Shown here piece by piece: positions 42,901 to 57,740 of a stretch of DNA of 64,000 nucleotides. The notes below the pieces were generated by a model, which was given only the letters and a program-made list of their open reading frames with translations, was not told the DNA's origin and did no database searches. Origin of the DNA: Pecten maximus. Its lineage: Eukaryota. The DNA lies in the NCBI RefSeq assembly GCF_902652985.1, contig NC_047016.1:39308001-39372000 (forward strand), read 5' to 3'. Made by a program: the position numbers and the translations under genes. Position 1 is the first letter of the stretch. Every line of letters starts with the position of its first letter.

Positions 42901-44644
42901 TGAATTCGTCGTTGTCCATCTACATTCATGCGTTTTCAGATCACAACAAAATTCTTTGGACATAATTGGTTGTGGTTTTGACTCACTATAAAATACCCAA
43001 ACCTCGAAACAAAGTTACGACCGGTTTGTCGACTGATACGGCAGACAGACACGTAGTCCTTGTAGAACCCGTATGTATAATAAAGTCCTCATTAACCCCG
43101 ATCGTGTGGAGCCTGACCTACCCGGCGGGATCGTAATCCCTTTATCACTGACGGCATCGATTTACGCACTTTGGTTCGAAGTACACGATGTCGGTGGTGG
43201 AGTATCGGAGTAGAACATGATAGTGTATTATGTAAATGAGCCGCGCGCAGTTTGATCTCGTCAATCAAAGCATCACCTCCAGTATCCATCACGTGATTCT
43301 AGTGGTGACAGAATCAAAGAGAATTGACAACCATTCATAAGCTTACATGTATCTTGCATGTTGGTTGTTTTTGGCCATGAATGAGATTATCAGAGGGATG
43401 GCATTATTCAGATTTTTTGTCCGTGACTGATGTTTCCAAAAGGCGTCAAGAGCGATATCATGTACTACGCTCTGGTTATATATATATATATATTACTATG
43501 CATAACATCCTTGACTGTAATGCATAGCTTTATTCAGCTGATCAGTTTTTCTGAAAGCTGAAAACGTTAGCTGAATAATGCGGTTTACTTATATGGAATA
43601 TATTTCTTTTGGAAAGAAAATTAATCAGATGAGTTTGTATAAACACTAGAAAAAAGAAAAAAAACAACAAAACAAGACAAAATCTTAATTAACAAAATGA
43701 CGTCACTTCCGGTTAACAGGCATGGATAAGATGAGACAAATGATCTTAATTGAATTGATGTGCAACTGGATTTGTCAGAAAGAGGCTGTCCTCTATTTCG
43801 TATTTTCTGTATGATTACATGAATAACAGAGGACGGAATTACTCTTTTTTCTTCTTCTCAACGTCTCAAGTAGACTTGTCTCGGTCAAGTGTATATCTTG
43901 GCCCGTCTTAGGGCAATAACCGTTGATGTTCTGAAGTGTATATCGAGTTTAACTTACATACAGATTGTCTCTATCAAAAGAATTATGTTGATTCGAAATG
44001 GTGACATGATGAACAATGGATAATTAATCAACTACGATATATAATACTTGACTTTTATTTATGTTATTTATCCAAGAACACAACACAGCAATTGACGCAA
44101 CGTTTACGTGACACTTTCCATAGAAGAAAGGTGTCGTACAAGTTTTTGAGCGCTCTCTCAAATGTATGAAACCCTTGCAATAACATTATGCTACAGCGGT
44201 GCGTTGGATATTATGTATTATCTATTAATACAATCTCTCACCTGTACCTTATCACCTGTACAAGGTACAGAGTATGATCAAAAGACCAATCAGGATTATT
44301 GATCACTTTGTCGCCACCAGCTAAATACCAAACACTTATATAATAACCAACTACAGTTAGCACACCTTAAATTTCCCAACGGTGTTTGTATCATATCTCA
44401 AAATACTGAAACGTATTACTGGAATGTGCATTCACGTGCATGTACACATACACGTGTGTCGCTTTTTTTAACGTTGTGTATAAAGAAATGTATTCAATTT
44501 GAGCGTATGTCAAGCTTGAACTATCGAGTGTCGACACGGAATAGTTTAATAATATTGTTATTGGAAAATATACTTGTACATTTGCACCGACATATACTGT
44601 CAAGTACCTATATTATTGAATATATATTCTTAAATAGAGTTTAA

Positions 44645-46228
44645 GGGGCAGCTTTACAGCAAATCCAGTCAAAACAGTGATATTTTACAAGTCTATAAAT
44701 TCCTACTATGGTGCAATTTAACAGAAGTAACTTGATGAACTATTAGTATGTATCAGTACAAACCGTGGGACTTACTGTTGACATGTAATTTGTCATACTG
44801 TTTGTTCAACAAAACATGCGAAAAATGCATGTTTTAGTAGGACATATTTGGCTCATTTGTATTGCATTTATTGCACAAAATATCCATTCCGTTTTGCTCA
44901 GAAGTGTCTAAATCACATAGTAGGAGCATTGGTTGGAGCAGATTTGACTTTATAATATGTATAAACACCGATATTATATTGACCTTGAAATAAAAATGGC
45001 GGTTGTGAATAATATCACAGAATTATGACATATAAGGAGGTATTTCAAACATCAAAAAAGTTCTTATTCGACTCTATTAAGAACTCTAGACATGGCAAGA
45101 AGACTGCTTTTGGGGAAAAAAGAGGATTCCACAGCGAGAAACTTATCACGAGCGCCAGGTAACCTCTAACTTCCCAAGGCGGTTTTCTAAGTTAGGATTT
45201 TGATTATATCAAACTTTACATTTAAATGATTAACGATGTCATGTTAATACATCTTTTTCATGATTCGATCATTAAATCCACAAAAATAGAAATCAAAGAG
45301 ACAAAATCACGAATATTTACATTTCCAGGCTTCAGTCCGGTAACAACTCGGATTGAAAATGGCGGTCCGGTATATACAAAAATGGAATATAAAGCAAAAA
45401 CAAACGAAAAACTATTTTCTTCGTACTTTGTTTTTGTTCCGCTTGGTACAAACATTCCTTATTTTTAACAACCGATGCCGCCATGTTCGAAATAGGTTAC
45501 TTGAAGCGGTGGAATGATGTAGCAAAGTATCTTGTGGCAAATTGCTATTAATTTGGTGCGAATTAGTGATTAGACTGTTTAAATGGGATGTATAATATCG
45601 AAACTGTATGTACACATAGTTGTCATCAAGTTTAGAGTTGTAAATACCGAAATTATGGTATCTTTCTTTCCGCCCGGAAATCAGGGCGGAACTTGTGCAG
45701 TGTCAAATAGGGTTCGGATGCTAAAGGTCGGATGGCGTCAGAACCAAAATATAGCCAGAGACCGTTAGCTACCTGAAGTACTTCTTACTAAAATTAGATG
45801 TATTTAAAGTATGATATAGGACCATTTTCATTGATTGAAATATCGCCCTTTATGCTTTATTTGTGTAATTTTATTCATAGCCGCCATTTACATTTCAAGG
45901 TCAAAATAATATAAATGTTTATACGTACATAAAGTCAAATCCGGTCAAACAAATGCTCCTACCCTGTGCTATTGACACTTGTGAGCAAACCAGCTTGTCT
46001 ATTTTTCAGGTTTGGTTATTTTTGCGACTTAGAATTATTCCATGCTACATCTTACCACAAAGTAACTATAGAAAAACACCGTTAGCATATTCAGCAAATT
46101 ATTCATAATCTTAAGAAATACGTGTCCAAACAAATAACTACAAGCCTATTTTTAGAGCAAATTTTTAGATATTTATTCGTATTTGAAATTCAATATGATT
46201 CAATATGATTCTCCTATATAGATGACCC
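44645..46228. mobile_element. Non-autonomous DNA transposon of about 1.6 kb flanked by TTAA (Kolobok-like)
   Basis: TTAA|GGGGCAGCTTTACAG ... CTATATAGATGACCC|TTAA imperfect TIRs, plus internal inverted repeats of about 170 bp (44891-45060 versus 45822-45992). No transposase ORF. Confidence 0.7.
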
Positions 46229-48638
46229 TTAAGAAACAAAATGATAGTTCTGTGGTAGACAGAGGGACCAGTCATGCCGAAAAATGACGTCAGTTATTCT
46301 AAAATGACGTCATTTTATGGTACGAATGGTATCACCAACATGGCGGTTTACGTCAAACCATTCCGTCCTGTTTCGGATATCTCTCCATTAAAATAACAAC
46401 TCTTTTTGTAGAGTTGAAGGGGTGCTCCATTGTTAATGCCCATCCATCAATACCGATATAGTAAGAAATATAATTATCGTTGATTTTTTTTCCTAAAAGG
46501 AGCCTAAATCTGAGTTTTACATACTATCAATGAAGAAATTGTTATAAATGTTTCGAAAATTTCTCGAAAGACGATTATATCAACTCGGTTTGAGACCTGA
46601 ACTTCCAGGTGAGGACTTCCATGATGTGATCGTATCGTTTTCCGGATCACTCACCTGTACAGGTAACCACAGGTAAGAAGCTGATCGTTTGATAAGGTAT
46701 TACGTTACAGTAATCATTAACAGCCGCCGACCTCGGGCACGGAACAACTGAAAACGGCATGAATACCTTTCAACGACGTTGCACCTATACACCAAATGAA
46801 TGTCTCGTGGGTCATTTAGGGGTTTCGAAAGGTAGTTTAACACCTGTGTTTTGAATAAAGATACACCTGTATATTACCTGAAGTCTTCGACTCAGAGCCG
46901 ACACGTCATAGCGATAACATCAATCATTTGACCTGCTTGATCTGTATATAACAACTATACACAATTTCACGTCATTACATACCTGATAATTCAATGCTAT
47001 TGTTACCAAGCCGCCTTTGTAGAATGATAACGGTAAAATAATCAGGCCCATCTCGAGAAGTCACTGTAATAACAAACGTCACTTCCGGTTTTGTCAGGAA
47101 TCGGAGTTCGGGTGGCACCCGAAGGAACGTAACAAAGGGAGACAGCCCGACCTATCGTGATACGAGATGAGGAACGCGATAATGACAGTGCGTTCATACA
47201 TGGATGAATTCCAGCTGTAATTACAAACACACAACTACACCGATTTGAAAACATCAAAATATACCGAAATTTATGTAATGTTTTTGAGTAATGGTCGTCA
47301 TACGATGCCAGAATCATGACCTTCGAGATACTCATACACTGTAACCGAGTGTCATGCATTGACATTCGTTGATATTAAAATTCTTCTATCGTCCATCATG
47401 ATTTTATAATGAATGTATTGCTGCGTTAGTGAACGAACACCCCCCCCCCCAAAAAAAATAATAATAAAAAATGTCTGTCTGAAAATGTACTATCACACAT
47501 GGGAAGTGTTGCTTTGGTGGTCGTCATTTTGACAAAAGGAAAATTTTGATATCTTACACGGCACATGAAAACGTAACCTGCAATCAATATCATACTATAT
47601 GATATGTCATCATCTAAAAAGAGTAAAACAAATTACTTATCAACAATCAATGTTTTCGAAGCGTAAAATAAATTAGTTTTTTAGGGAATTTCCTTGACTG
47701 TTTGGTCAATTTTCAAATTTTGTTTAGATGCAGTTCTCATATTTCTCGTTGTTTTGTATTTTCAAAAGATGAAATTCAACATCTTCTTATTATTATTGTT
47801 TCGTCTGGAGGAAAGACGAGATTTTCGAAAACGGATATACAGACCGATGAAGAGTTACAGACTAAAGAAATGTATGTAAGGTATAAAATGTATATAGTAT
47901 TAGACTGATTCACTTCGTCACTGTAACACTCGATACTTTTGGAACTGAATATAATCATAAAGACAAGGCCTACATTTAGACCGATATATGTATTACCTGA
48001 GCATGGCACCGTCTACCTGTACCATCTCCAGATTGGTGACAGTTTAGATTCTATATATAGGAAGATATGTCAATTGCATTTCCGATAATATGCATGCGTT
48101 CTTAATAAGACATTCCAATCAGATCGAAATCATTGACAATGGGATGTTATAAATCTTCATAATGACATAATCTGTGTATAGTTGACTGATTTTATGTCAA
48201 GTGGTGAATTGATGTGATTTACGCATTTTTTAAATAGCAGTTGTGTGATTAACAGAAGTCCTTAATTGATACAGGAGATTTTCAACTGTTAAACGCGGAT
48301 TACGTCACTGGCGGATAGCCACGTTATTGTTCCGTTTGATTATAAATGAAATCGTTATTCACGATAGATCAATAATGATTTATCAGTTATGTTACGTATA
48401 CAGTTTAAAGTATCGATCTTCAGGGCCTTATAGTGATAACATGTACATAGCATAAATCATAAAATATCGGAAGACAGATGTCAATGCATTGGTGATAAAT
48501 CAAATTCCGGAAGATTTTTGAAGATATGTGAAGATTTAACATACCAGTGGATATATATACATATGGCATGTGATGTGTGTGACCTTGTTAATGGAAGCCA
48601 TTAGAATGAGTAGGAAAAAATAATAATAAAGATTTGAC

Positions 48639-48640
<2 letters not shown>

Positions 48641-48674
<34 letters not shown>

Positions 48675-48709
48675 ACCCCCAACCCCAACCCCCACCCCAC
48701 CACCACCCC
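48641..48709. repeat. Poly-C / C-rich tract
   Basis: Read directly. Confidence 0.9.
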
Positions 48710-51700
48710 GCGCAAAAAAAAGGAAGTTTCGAAAGAAAATATATTCGTTTAACAGCATTTAAATGAACATGTGTTGGAGACCACCATATTTAGTTATGCT
48801 TAAATATTCATTATTACTAGCGTAATTCACAAAGTTGCTACATATGTTAAACTCATACTTAATGTTGAAAAAATAGTTCAAGGATGTACCACTCTCTTAC
48901 CGGTAAAATACGTCAAACAGAAACATCAGATCGGGTAGCGAACTTTGCCGGTATGACATTTTCGGGTCAATGAAGATAAGATATACATTGTACATGAGAG
49001 AAAAATATTTCAACTAGTGACGGTATTTCTTCACTACCTTTTGGTTTTTTTTCACATTTGAACCGTTCTAATTTAGAGTTATTTATAGCTATCAATTTCT
49101 TTCAAAAAAGTTATTGTATTTTAACTCAATTACAGAGTAAACGAAATCAGTTCGAAATCACTATTGTAGTTTTTAAGTAGAGTCAAATGAGTTTAAATCA
49201 AGCTTTTGAGAGAAACATTGTAATTGGGTTTAGGACTACCCATAATTCTACATCAAAGATTCGGAATGTGATAACATGTCATTTGATTTTTATCAACAGT
49301 GTAATTCGTTTCTTTTGTAGATTCTTTAAATACATATTTTTTGTTTTTATCTTAAAGGTTAGCCGTCACGGGGAATGTTTATTGTGTTTATTGATCTTAT
49401 TCAGCAGGACGTTTGATCAGAATCAGAGAGAGGCTTATCGATGAAGAATTGATTACATCCGTACAGGCCGACCGAAGGAATTAAATGTTGTTGTAAATTG
49501 ATAAAAATCTATTTGACGATAATTCGGTCGATATACACAGTCAAGACCACGCCCAAAACATGTCAACATACCGTTGTGTTTTGATTTAGATAAGTACAAA
49601 TTAGTTTAAATGGGTTAAAATCCGTGTCACGTATCATTACCCCAGAAAACAAGCATGTGTATTTGACTTTTTTTCCAACTAGTTAAGAATTCAGTTTGTT
49701 TATTTGCTTCGAAAGAACTAGTCGGAGATGTCTCCTTTTCACTTTAGACGTATTTAGATTAAAATACAGTTATACAAACAGTGAAAATTCTACTTTCTCC
49801 CGATACACACATACACACACACACACACACACGCACACACATGTACATGTGTGTGGACTTCCAATTTCCTAACACAGGGGCATGCAAATCAATCACAATA
49901 TGTTTGTTTCTGTGTTTGTTTCCTGTCACAATATCCAGGGTGTGTGCTCATTTCTATTTTTATGCAGACTAAACATTACAAGTGAATTGGAATCCTGGCC
50001 AAAATGTTTTTACAACAAGATGTTATTTTTGAATTGTTCGTCTTTTATTTATTCGTAGATTTCTTTTCTACCTAATTATCTCCTCATGGGGGAAAATAAA
50101 GATTGATGCTGATGATGATAGCTATCTCATTATAACGTTACCACGTGCAATTCTCATACGTACATTAATAGCACTTTTAACTTTTTTTTAGACTACACGA
50201 TTACCCCCTGAGTGCTAAAGTTAAAATTTAACCAAAATCTTCTTGTCCATGTTAATATTATCTACAGACTTATAGGGACTGCTGTTGGTTTGAATGGTAG
50301 GTCGTGATGTGGAAGACCATTAGACAACCATTAAGCCCACAATGGTCGGATCGTAGACCACAAACGCTTTCGTGTTCAATCATTGTATCGGACCCGGCTG
50401 TCATTGTAAAGGACGACTGCACTATCCACTGCGCCATCAGAAAATATATTGTGAATATTATGTCGTATTTCCGAGTCTTTGTCAATCTGTAAATCCATGA
50501 GTGTTTCTCTACAGTTTTGGCCTTGGCCTGTGCCCTGAATAAGTCGAGTTCTATTTCAGGCCTATACATTTCTCGAAAACGGCGTTTTTATTCGTTGGGC
50601 GTGTCACTACAAACCTATTGGTAACCCTAGCTATTACATCAAGGCAGCGCAATTTCAGCAATCATAAACACATCATCATTAGAGAAAACACTTAGCGATT
50701 TTCGAGAATTTGTTTATGCTTTTTTTTTTATTTTGTCTGATATACAAATATATTCAGAGTAACAAGAGACGCCAAGTAAATTGGAAATAGCTATAAATCA
50801 AACACAATGAATTATATATATGCTTTAATCGTCGTGACTAGAACATGTATCACAAACTGCACGGTCTTTATTTTTCTATTCGCCACTGTAAACTATACTC
50901 AATATTTCGATGAAGCGTACATAAGGGGACTGTGCGGATCAGTTTCTTTACGGTCCAAACGACACATTACCAGCGAGAGCTTTGTTGACGAGAACTCGCG
51001 AGATTTGGAATTATCGCCGAGTGTTTACGACAGTAGATTTTTGATTGTATTTCTGCTACAGAAAGTGTCTCTCACTTTTGAAGTTTCCCTTTGTTCCACC
51101 TACTCGCAGACAAACGCGATAAGGGAATCCTGCTGTCATACTACGATACAGGAACTGCGCCATAATTAATCTTTGGAATGTACAGACCAATCAGAGATCG
51201 TCATTGTTCAAGATAAAACCATTCTTTTCCATTCACACCAAACCATATGGTATTGTACGGAAGAGTAATAGGGGGTTTAGAATTTTTAGATATCAAGTCG
51301 AAATTCGAAATTCGTAAAAAAAATAATCCTTCATGGCCCTGACGGTTTTACCGTACATGTAACCATGACGATTTCAGTATTAATAGTATATTTAGGAGGG
51401 CTGATTGGCCCGTCTGGAAACCGCCAATAAACGCATAGGTGGATTTTTTTTAGTAAATATTTCATTTCATTTTCTTAAATCTACTACCTCAAAGTGTACC
51501 CTGAAGGGTTTTTGTTAGGATTGCTTATTGTCAGAGAAAAATGTAAAATGAAGTATTCCGATTTTGTTTTATTCATATATTTTTTTATATATACTGGAAA
51601 ATATTGTATCATTTTATATACATGAAAATAGTGTGTACTTGAAAATAGTGTGTCATTTCTAAGCGTTTAACATTACGTGTCTGACGAAGTGTGTGATGGA

Positions 51701-52152
51701 ATACCACCGTGTGATAAAGGTTGGTATCGCCGTATTATAATATTTCACTGCGATCTACATTTTATGAAAAAGTGTTTGATTGTTGGAACAATATTTCTAT
51801 ACGGAAGTGATGGATTGATGGTCGGAAAATATGTCATAGAGTCAGTCGTATTGTTTTCAGTAGTGTTGTTTCCAAATCAGAATGACAATTTGTTTAGATT
51901 TCAATATTTACGTGTACTTTGTTCTCTGAGACAGCAAGTGCCATTGTTATCATGGCATAAATCATAACGCGGAAAAAACCTTTGCAAATGACAACCATCA
52001 AAGCGGGGTCTTTTCGTTTTTTTCTGAATATCCCGAACGATGTTTGAAAGCAACCGACAAAACTTGGAACCGCAACTCAGAAAGAAAAAAACCCACCTAG
52101 ATCTGTTCTTGTTCTGTTTATTTAAACATAAGGATTGAAATGCACGATGCTA

Positions 52153-52343
52153 GTTTGTTTGTCTACTGGTTATATCCCCCCCCCCCCCCCCCCCCCCCCC
52201 CCCTGCGCAGTTCTAGCAGCTTAGAGGCGAGGGTTTATTGTAATATCTAATGGCTTCTTCATTGAACAACATACGGAAGTCCCGTCGCATGCTACCCAGA
52301 GCAATAGCAGTTAAGATGTCTTGCCTAAGGACACATCTACAAC
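52153..52343 (-). mobile_element. CORE-like SINE fragment, second copy, with an internal poly-C tract
   Basis: Reverse complement TGTGTCCTTAGGCAAGACATCTTAA...GCGACGGGACTTCCGTATGTTGTTCAATGAAG aligns by eye with 39761-39838, and ends in CAAACAAAC. Confidence 0.62.
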
Positions 52344-55300
52344 AGCACACGGCGATCTTGGTATCAATTTCCACCATACTAGTTATCATACAGATTCCCC
52401 AAAGGATATCTTTGATATGAAGCTGTCGGGTTGATTGGGGATGTACGGGGTCTGATGGTGTCCGATTACATAACACAACACTTTGTTTACACGATCACCA
52501 AGCTAACTGTATTTTTATTATTACCTTTACTTCCGGTTTCCGGTTACATTCAATTTACAGAATGTATCTTTTACGGAATGGATAACTTACGGAAATAACA
52601 TTGCAGAAGTTATCCATGCATTATTAGCCCATTTCCTTATGGTTAATTTGTGTTGTCATTTCTAAAAACAGAAGACAAGATAAGCGTCTGCAATTTTCAT
52701 GTTTCTGCCAATGGACGCCATCGTTAAATCATCGGTAACGTATATCATGGCACCTTGAATACATCAGTAATGGTCGACTGTAACGATGACACATTTCGAA
52801 TATTGTATCGCTGATTCTAATGATCATCTGTTTGTGAAATGATGTCAGCTTGTACGACATGTGGAATTCTCGTGTCCGTTAGTACAACATCGTAAATAGT
52901 TCTGACTCAGTCGTTGGACCACAAACCACAAAACCGTAATTAGGTCACCCATTCACTTCGAGGTGTCAACAGTAACTGGTACGCAATCCATCGAAAGCCA
53001 TGTCATTGACTCATAACTTGCTACTATTCATCGTTGTTAATATTTATTTCATAAAAATAAATAAATAAAAGTGTTTGCAATTTTGCTATCTCGACCCCTT
53101 CTATTACTAAATAATACATTTTTTGAAATAAGATAAATGATAACTATTAAGTCCCTATACAATACGGAACTGACCTGATATGTAAAGTGCGTTCGTGTAC
53201 ACATGTGATCTGAATTGTAGCACGGTGCGTTCGAATAGTAACCGTAATCAAAATGGCAGTGTTTACCTTAACACGTGGACTCTCGTTCCGAGAAAATCAA
53301 TTTCTTCGTATTAATGTCATGAATATGATTTCGTACAAGTGATTAAACAGGACAAATCCCTACTCGACGTACTTCTTAATTTTCATTGATTCAGATGGCT
53401 GAAACTCTTCGTGAATGTGAATACAGTAATATTGGATATTTTTCCATATCGGCCTCCTCTCTTCGATAATTAAAAACAAGTTCCCTAATTATTCATCTAA
53501 CACTTTCCTTTCGCTGTAACAATGACTGAGCGGTGATGAACACAAATGTCCGGCCGTAACATCAGTGGGAATTTGTTGTTCAGAAATTCCTACAATAGCA
53601 TGCCGGGAATATGTAAATATGGCGGATGTACCAATCAAATTAATATGCATAGTGTAACTGGACTTGTTCATTATACGAGTTTAAGGGGTGTTAGGTTGTG
53701 GACACAAGGCTTTCTTTTAAAGAAACACGTTTCAATGGTACATAAAGCAAATTTTAATCAAGTTATTGCTAAAATATGAAAATTATCGTCTTGTATTTAA
53801 TTGCGTATTTGATATTAGCCTATATGTAATAATGGATTTTATTTCTTTGAAACCCGGTAGACATATTTGTCAACATATTGTTCCGATGTATATTTGCTTA
53901 AGACACACACATACAAGAGCATGGAATGCTCACTTCCGTTTGACTTACAAATTAAATTATTTGAAGTGGAAAAATAGTGTTGTTTTGAGTTTCAATGTAA
54001 CAATCCTTTCTAAGAAGTTTGAAAGAGCAAGACTAATGTATAGAAATGATACAAAATCAATGGGAATTTATAACCGGAACCTTTGGAAGTCCAGAAAACG
54101 CTCTACGATAACACAATGCGGTATATCGTTGATTTATTTTCCCCGTTATATCTACGTTTTACGACATATAACGAGATTTTTTTAAATACCGTATTCGAGA
54201 TACAATAAGGTACATGTGTTTGTTTATAACTTATTCGAGATACATTGAGGTAAATGTAAATATCTACTATCCGCCTTAAAATACAGCGCCCTCTGTGTTT
54301 CTGAGTAAATATTGGATGCTGGACGGTTATTTCACCAGCTTCCTGTACAATGAGGCTAGGTAAACACACACTGAATGTAAATATACATTCTAATACGAAT
54401 GCCTCCTTTAAAACCCATCGCCGCATGGTTAATTCTGTTTACTTAATGATGAATGATATCATTAGCACAACACTCTATTTATTTCTTTGTACTTTCTGAA
54501 AAGAGGGAAACAAATAAAAATTACTATCACATATAACGATGTCACGCAAATGTTTGAGGTACGTTGCTGAAAATTATGATTTGGGCAACTCATATCATGC
54601 AGAGAAAATTAAAGCTTTCGTTCTAAATCAGTCATGAATGTGCAGTATGGCTTTGTCCAGACTGACCCCTAAGTCTAGGTAATTAAGTGGAGACCTGGTC
54701 CAGTTAATTGTTTGTGAGCAAAGAAGTGTCCTCCCGCGGGGAAATTTCGGACACGTGGTCATTTGTAGGAATGTAGTTATGGTCACCAAGGACCCATAAA
54801 TTGGGCGAAATTTATCTAGAATCAATAATTACTTGTAATGAACAAGTCAATTAAGGGCTTATAACGGATCTCAAGAATACGGTCCGATGGATGATAAAAC
54901 CTTTTTATTTATAATAATGGGCTAACATCACATGGTCCGGAATTCCGATTTCCGGTCATTGGTTCAGGGTTTAGAACACAAATAGATAAGTTTTATGGTC
55001 ATGTCTGTGCTTTACTAGAACGAGAAACAATGCTAATTTACAAATTGCGTTTTCTCTGCTGTAACCAAATCGTTAAAGTACCGAACACGGTTTAACTGTC
55101 TCTGAAATATTCGCGGTGATAGCGACTTTTCTATGGCAGCCATTAACGGAAATATCACCATACCGGAAGAGAAAACCACAACATTTTTTGGATTGCATAT
55201 TCATAAAAGATAACACAGCGATATATTCTGAATATATTTCTAAATACATTTTCTTTTGTCGTTGTTAAAATATATTACTTTTCCTTTGATTGACATCGAG

Positions 55301-56969
55301 AAAGCTTGATTTCCGACAAAGACGGTCATATAACATTATGACTGATTTCTGATTTACAATGTAGTCTTTGTAACAAAAAAAATATCTTATAGAAATCACG
55401 CCAAAAAGATGAATGTTGAAGAGTTGAATACAATGATATGATAAAATAGTTAAATATGAAATGAACTGCTCTTTTTTTCCACTACGCATTTATTTCAAAT
55501 CTTTCAAATTTTGAACTTGATTTATCAAAAAGTCTCGAACAAAATCAACCGTATTAACAAGGGAGGTCATTCTGATATAGACTTCAGGTAAAATATTTCG
55601 TAAAATTTACAAAGAAAGCATTGGAATGTCTGCAGCTATCTATTTGCTGGCGAGGGCTTCCGTACCGACGCCCTGATTTAAGTAGTACTTACTTGCTTTC
55701 CCTAAATCTTCCTTGTCGATAACCATTGAACGACGGCTCATAAACTTCGGCTACCTCCGCCAGGGTTCGGCCGAGGGGAGATAAACCCTGGCCTCATGCA
55801 GAGATAGGCCTTGTTTTCCGTGTCTATGGCCCACTGTTTATAGCCAATTAAGGCCAGTGCTTTGAAACAATTAACGGCGAAAACAACCTACATATTGATT
55901 AGGAAAATGTGAGACAAATTTCCCAGGCTATTGTCTTAAAACATTTACGTGAAACAAAGATAACAACGACAATTCGATCAGTTAAAAATTGTTGCACCTC
56001 TGTAAAGTTGAGTCATATGCTAGGCGTGGCTAACACGGGTTCCCACTGTAGTTTTGCAAGTTTCGTTATGCAAATATAATGTTACGTTATATTGAGAGCT
56101 GTTTTTTTCAAAATCAAAAAGCTTTTGGTCATAGATACAATTTTTAACATCAATGAGATAAAAAAACAAAAACAAAAAACAAAAAAAAACAAAAAAAAAC
56201 CAATAATGTGAAATAATTGATAACTGGAAGGTAATCTTTATTACACAGACTACCCTCCACACAATCGTCGTTAACATGCTCGACTTTTCACCTTTCCGAT
56301 CCTTTCCAGGACTCCTTATACCCAGATCAAATTGCCTAATTATTATATTTAATATTATATGTAAATTTTATGCTATTAATGACAAGGCGCAATTGGCATA
56401 GTCTGTGTTAGCTTTCGCTAGGCCCTTATGCAGTTCAACCAAGTTTGCGATACTTAACGAAAGCCTAATGAAACAATGGCAAACGTAATGTAAAGAGCAG
56501 CGACCAAAATATAGATATTAGAATTTCGGTTTTTCTCATTGTCATGGTAGAAGCCAGTATGACCCCTTTCTTGATTCTGAGGGACCCCATATGAGTCAAG
56601 CACGAACGACCTTAATTTGCTGATGTTTTTTTAGTTGTACTTTTTCAGTTTTACAACTTTCCTTTCATAAGCAGCGTACGCAGTGACACTATACCCAGAA
56701 ACATGTGCTTGTATGTCCTATTGAACTTGCTGTAACCATGCGTCGCATCATGTTAGCATCTTTTCTGTGTGTACCTGTAATTATATTTATAGATGTGAAG
56801 GTTTTCCTGTCTTCGCTATTTTAGTTTGCTAATTAACTTCCGTTTCCAAACTGACTTGTATCAATCAAATGACCTTATAACTAATCTTCACAGTACCCTA
56901 ATATTTTGACATTTCCTTAGACCTATTTCGAATCATTGTTCGCCACCTTTGATAAATTAAGACCTTCAG

Positions 56970-57354
56970 CATCACTGACGAGTCTTAGAAGGACAAAACA
57001 GCTGTATGATGTCTCTAACATCACTGACGAGTCTTAGAAGGACAAAACAGCTGTATGATGTCTCTAACATCACTGACGAGTCTTAGAAGGACAAAACAGC
57101 TGTATGATGTCTCTAACATCACTGACGAGTCTTAGAAGGACAAAACAGCTGTATGATGTCACTAACATCACTGACGAGTCTTAGAAGGACAAAACAGCTG
57201 TATGATGTCACTAACATCACTGACGAGTCTTAGAAGGACAAAACAGCTGTATGATGTCACTAACATCACTGACGAGTCTTAGAAGGACAAAACAGCTGTA
57301 TGATGTCTCTAACATCACTGACGAGTCTTAGAAGGACAAAACAGCTGTATGATG
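56970..57354 (+). ncRNA. Homogeneous array of 8 hammerhead-derived 49-bp units, array C, predicted inactive
   Basis: CTGACGA cores at 56975, 57024, 57073, 57122, 57171, 57220, 57269 and 57318. Every unit reads GTCT-TAGAA-GGAC-AAAA-CAGCTG-TA (GAAA changed to AAAA). Confidence 0.92.
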
Positions 57355-57740
57355 CAGTATAATTCATTTTGGCTCTACTACATCGAACTCACAATTTGTT
57401 TTGAAAGTTGATCAAATCTTGTATATCTTTTGTACAGTCCTAAGAGGCTATGTCAGCCTACATATATCACGGGTCTTTTCCCATTTGAGCATATTTGATA
57501 TACACAAGAAAAGCCTGAATGTTTCGAAACAAGGATTTCTTTAATTTTGCCAACGGCGATCTTAAGCTTACGTTTGACGTATATTAGTAGATACTACCTA
57601 CGTTGTCTTGTTATCTAAGTGGTTTATTGGCGAATGCATTCCCGGAGAGAATTTATTTCAGCCTTTTCTACATTGCTGCCTCTCTCACGGTAAAATGCTA
57701 TGATCTAATATTTAGTCAAATTTTGAATTTTACATTTCAG

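Noticed and set aside
42730-42963. Cys-containing 77-aa minus-strand ORF
   Set aside because: No signal peptide, splice context or known motif; length is compatible with chance.
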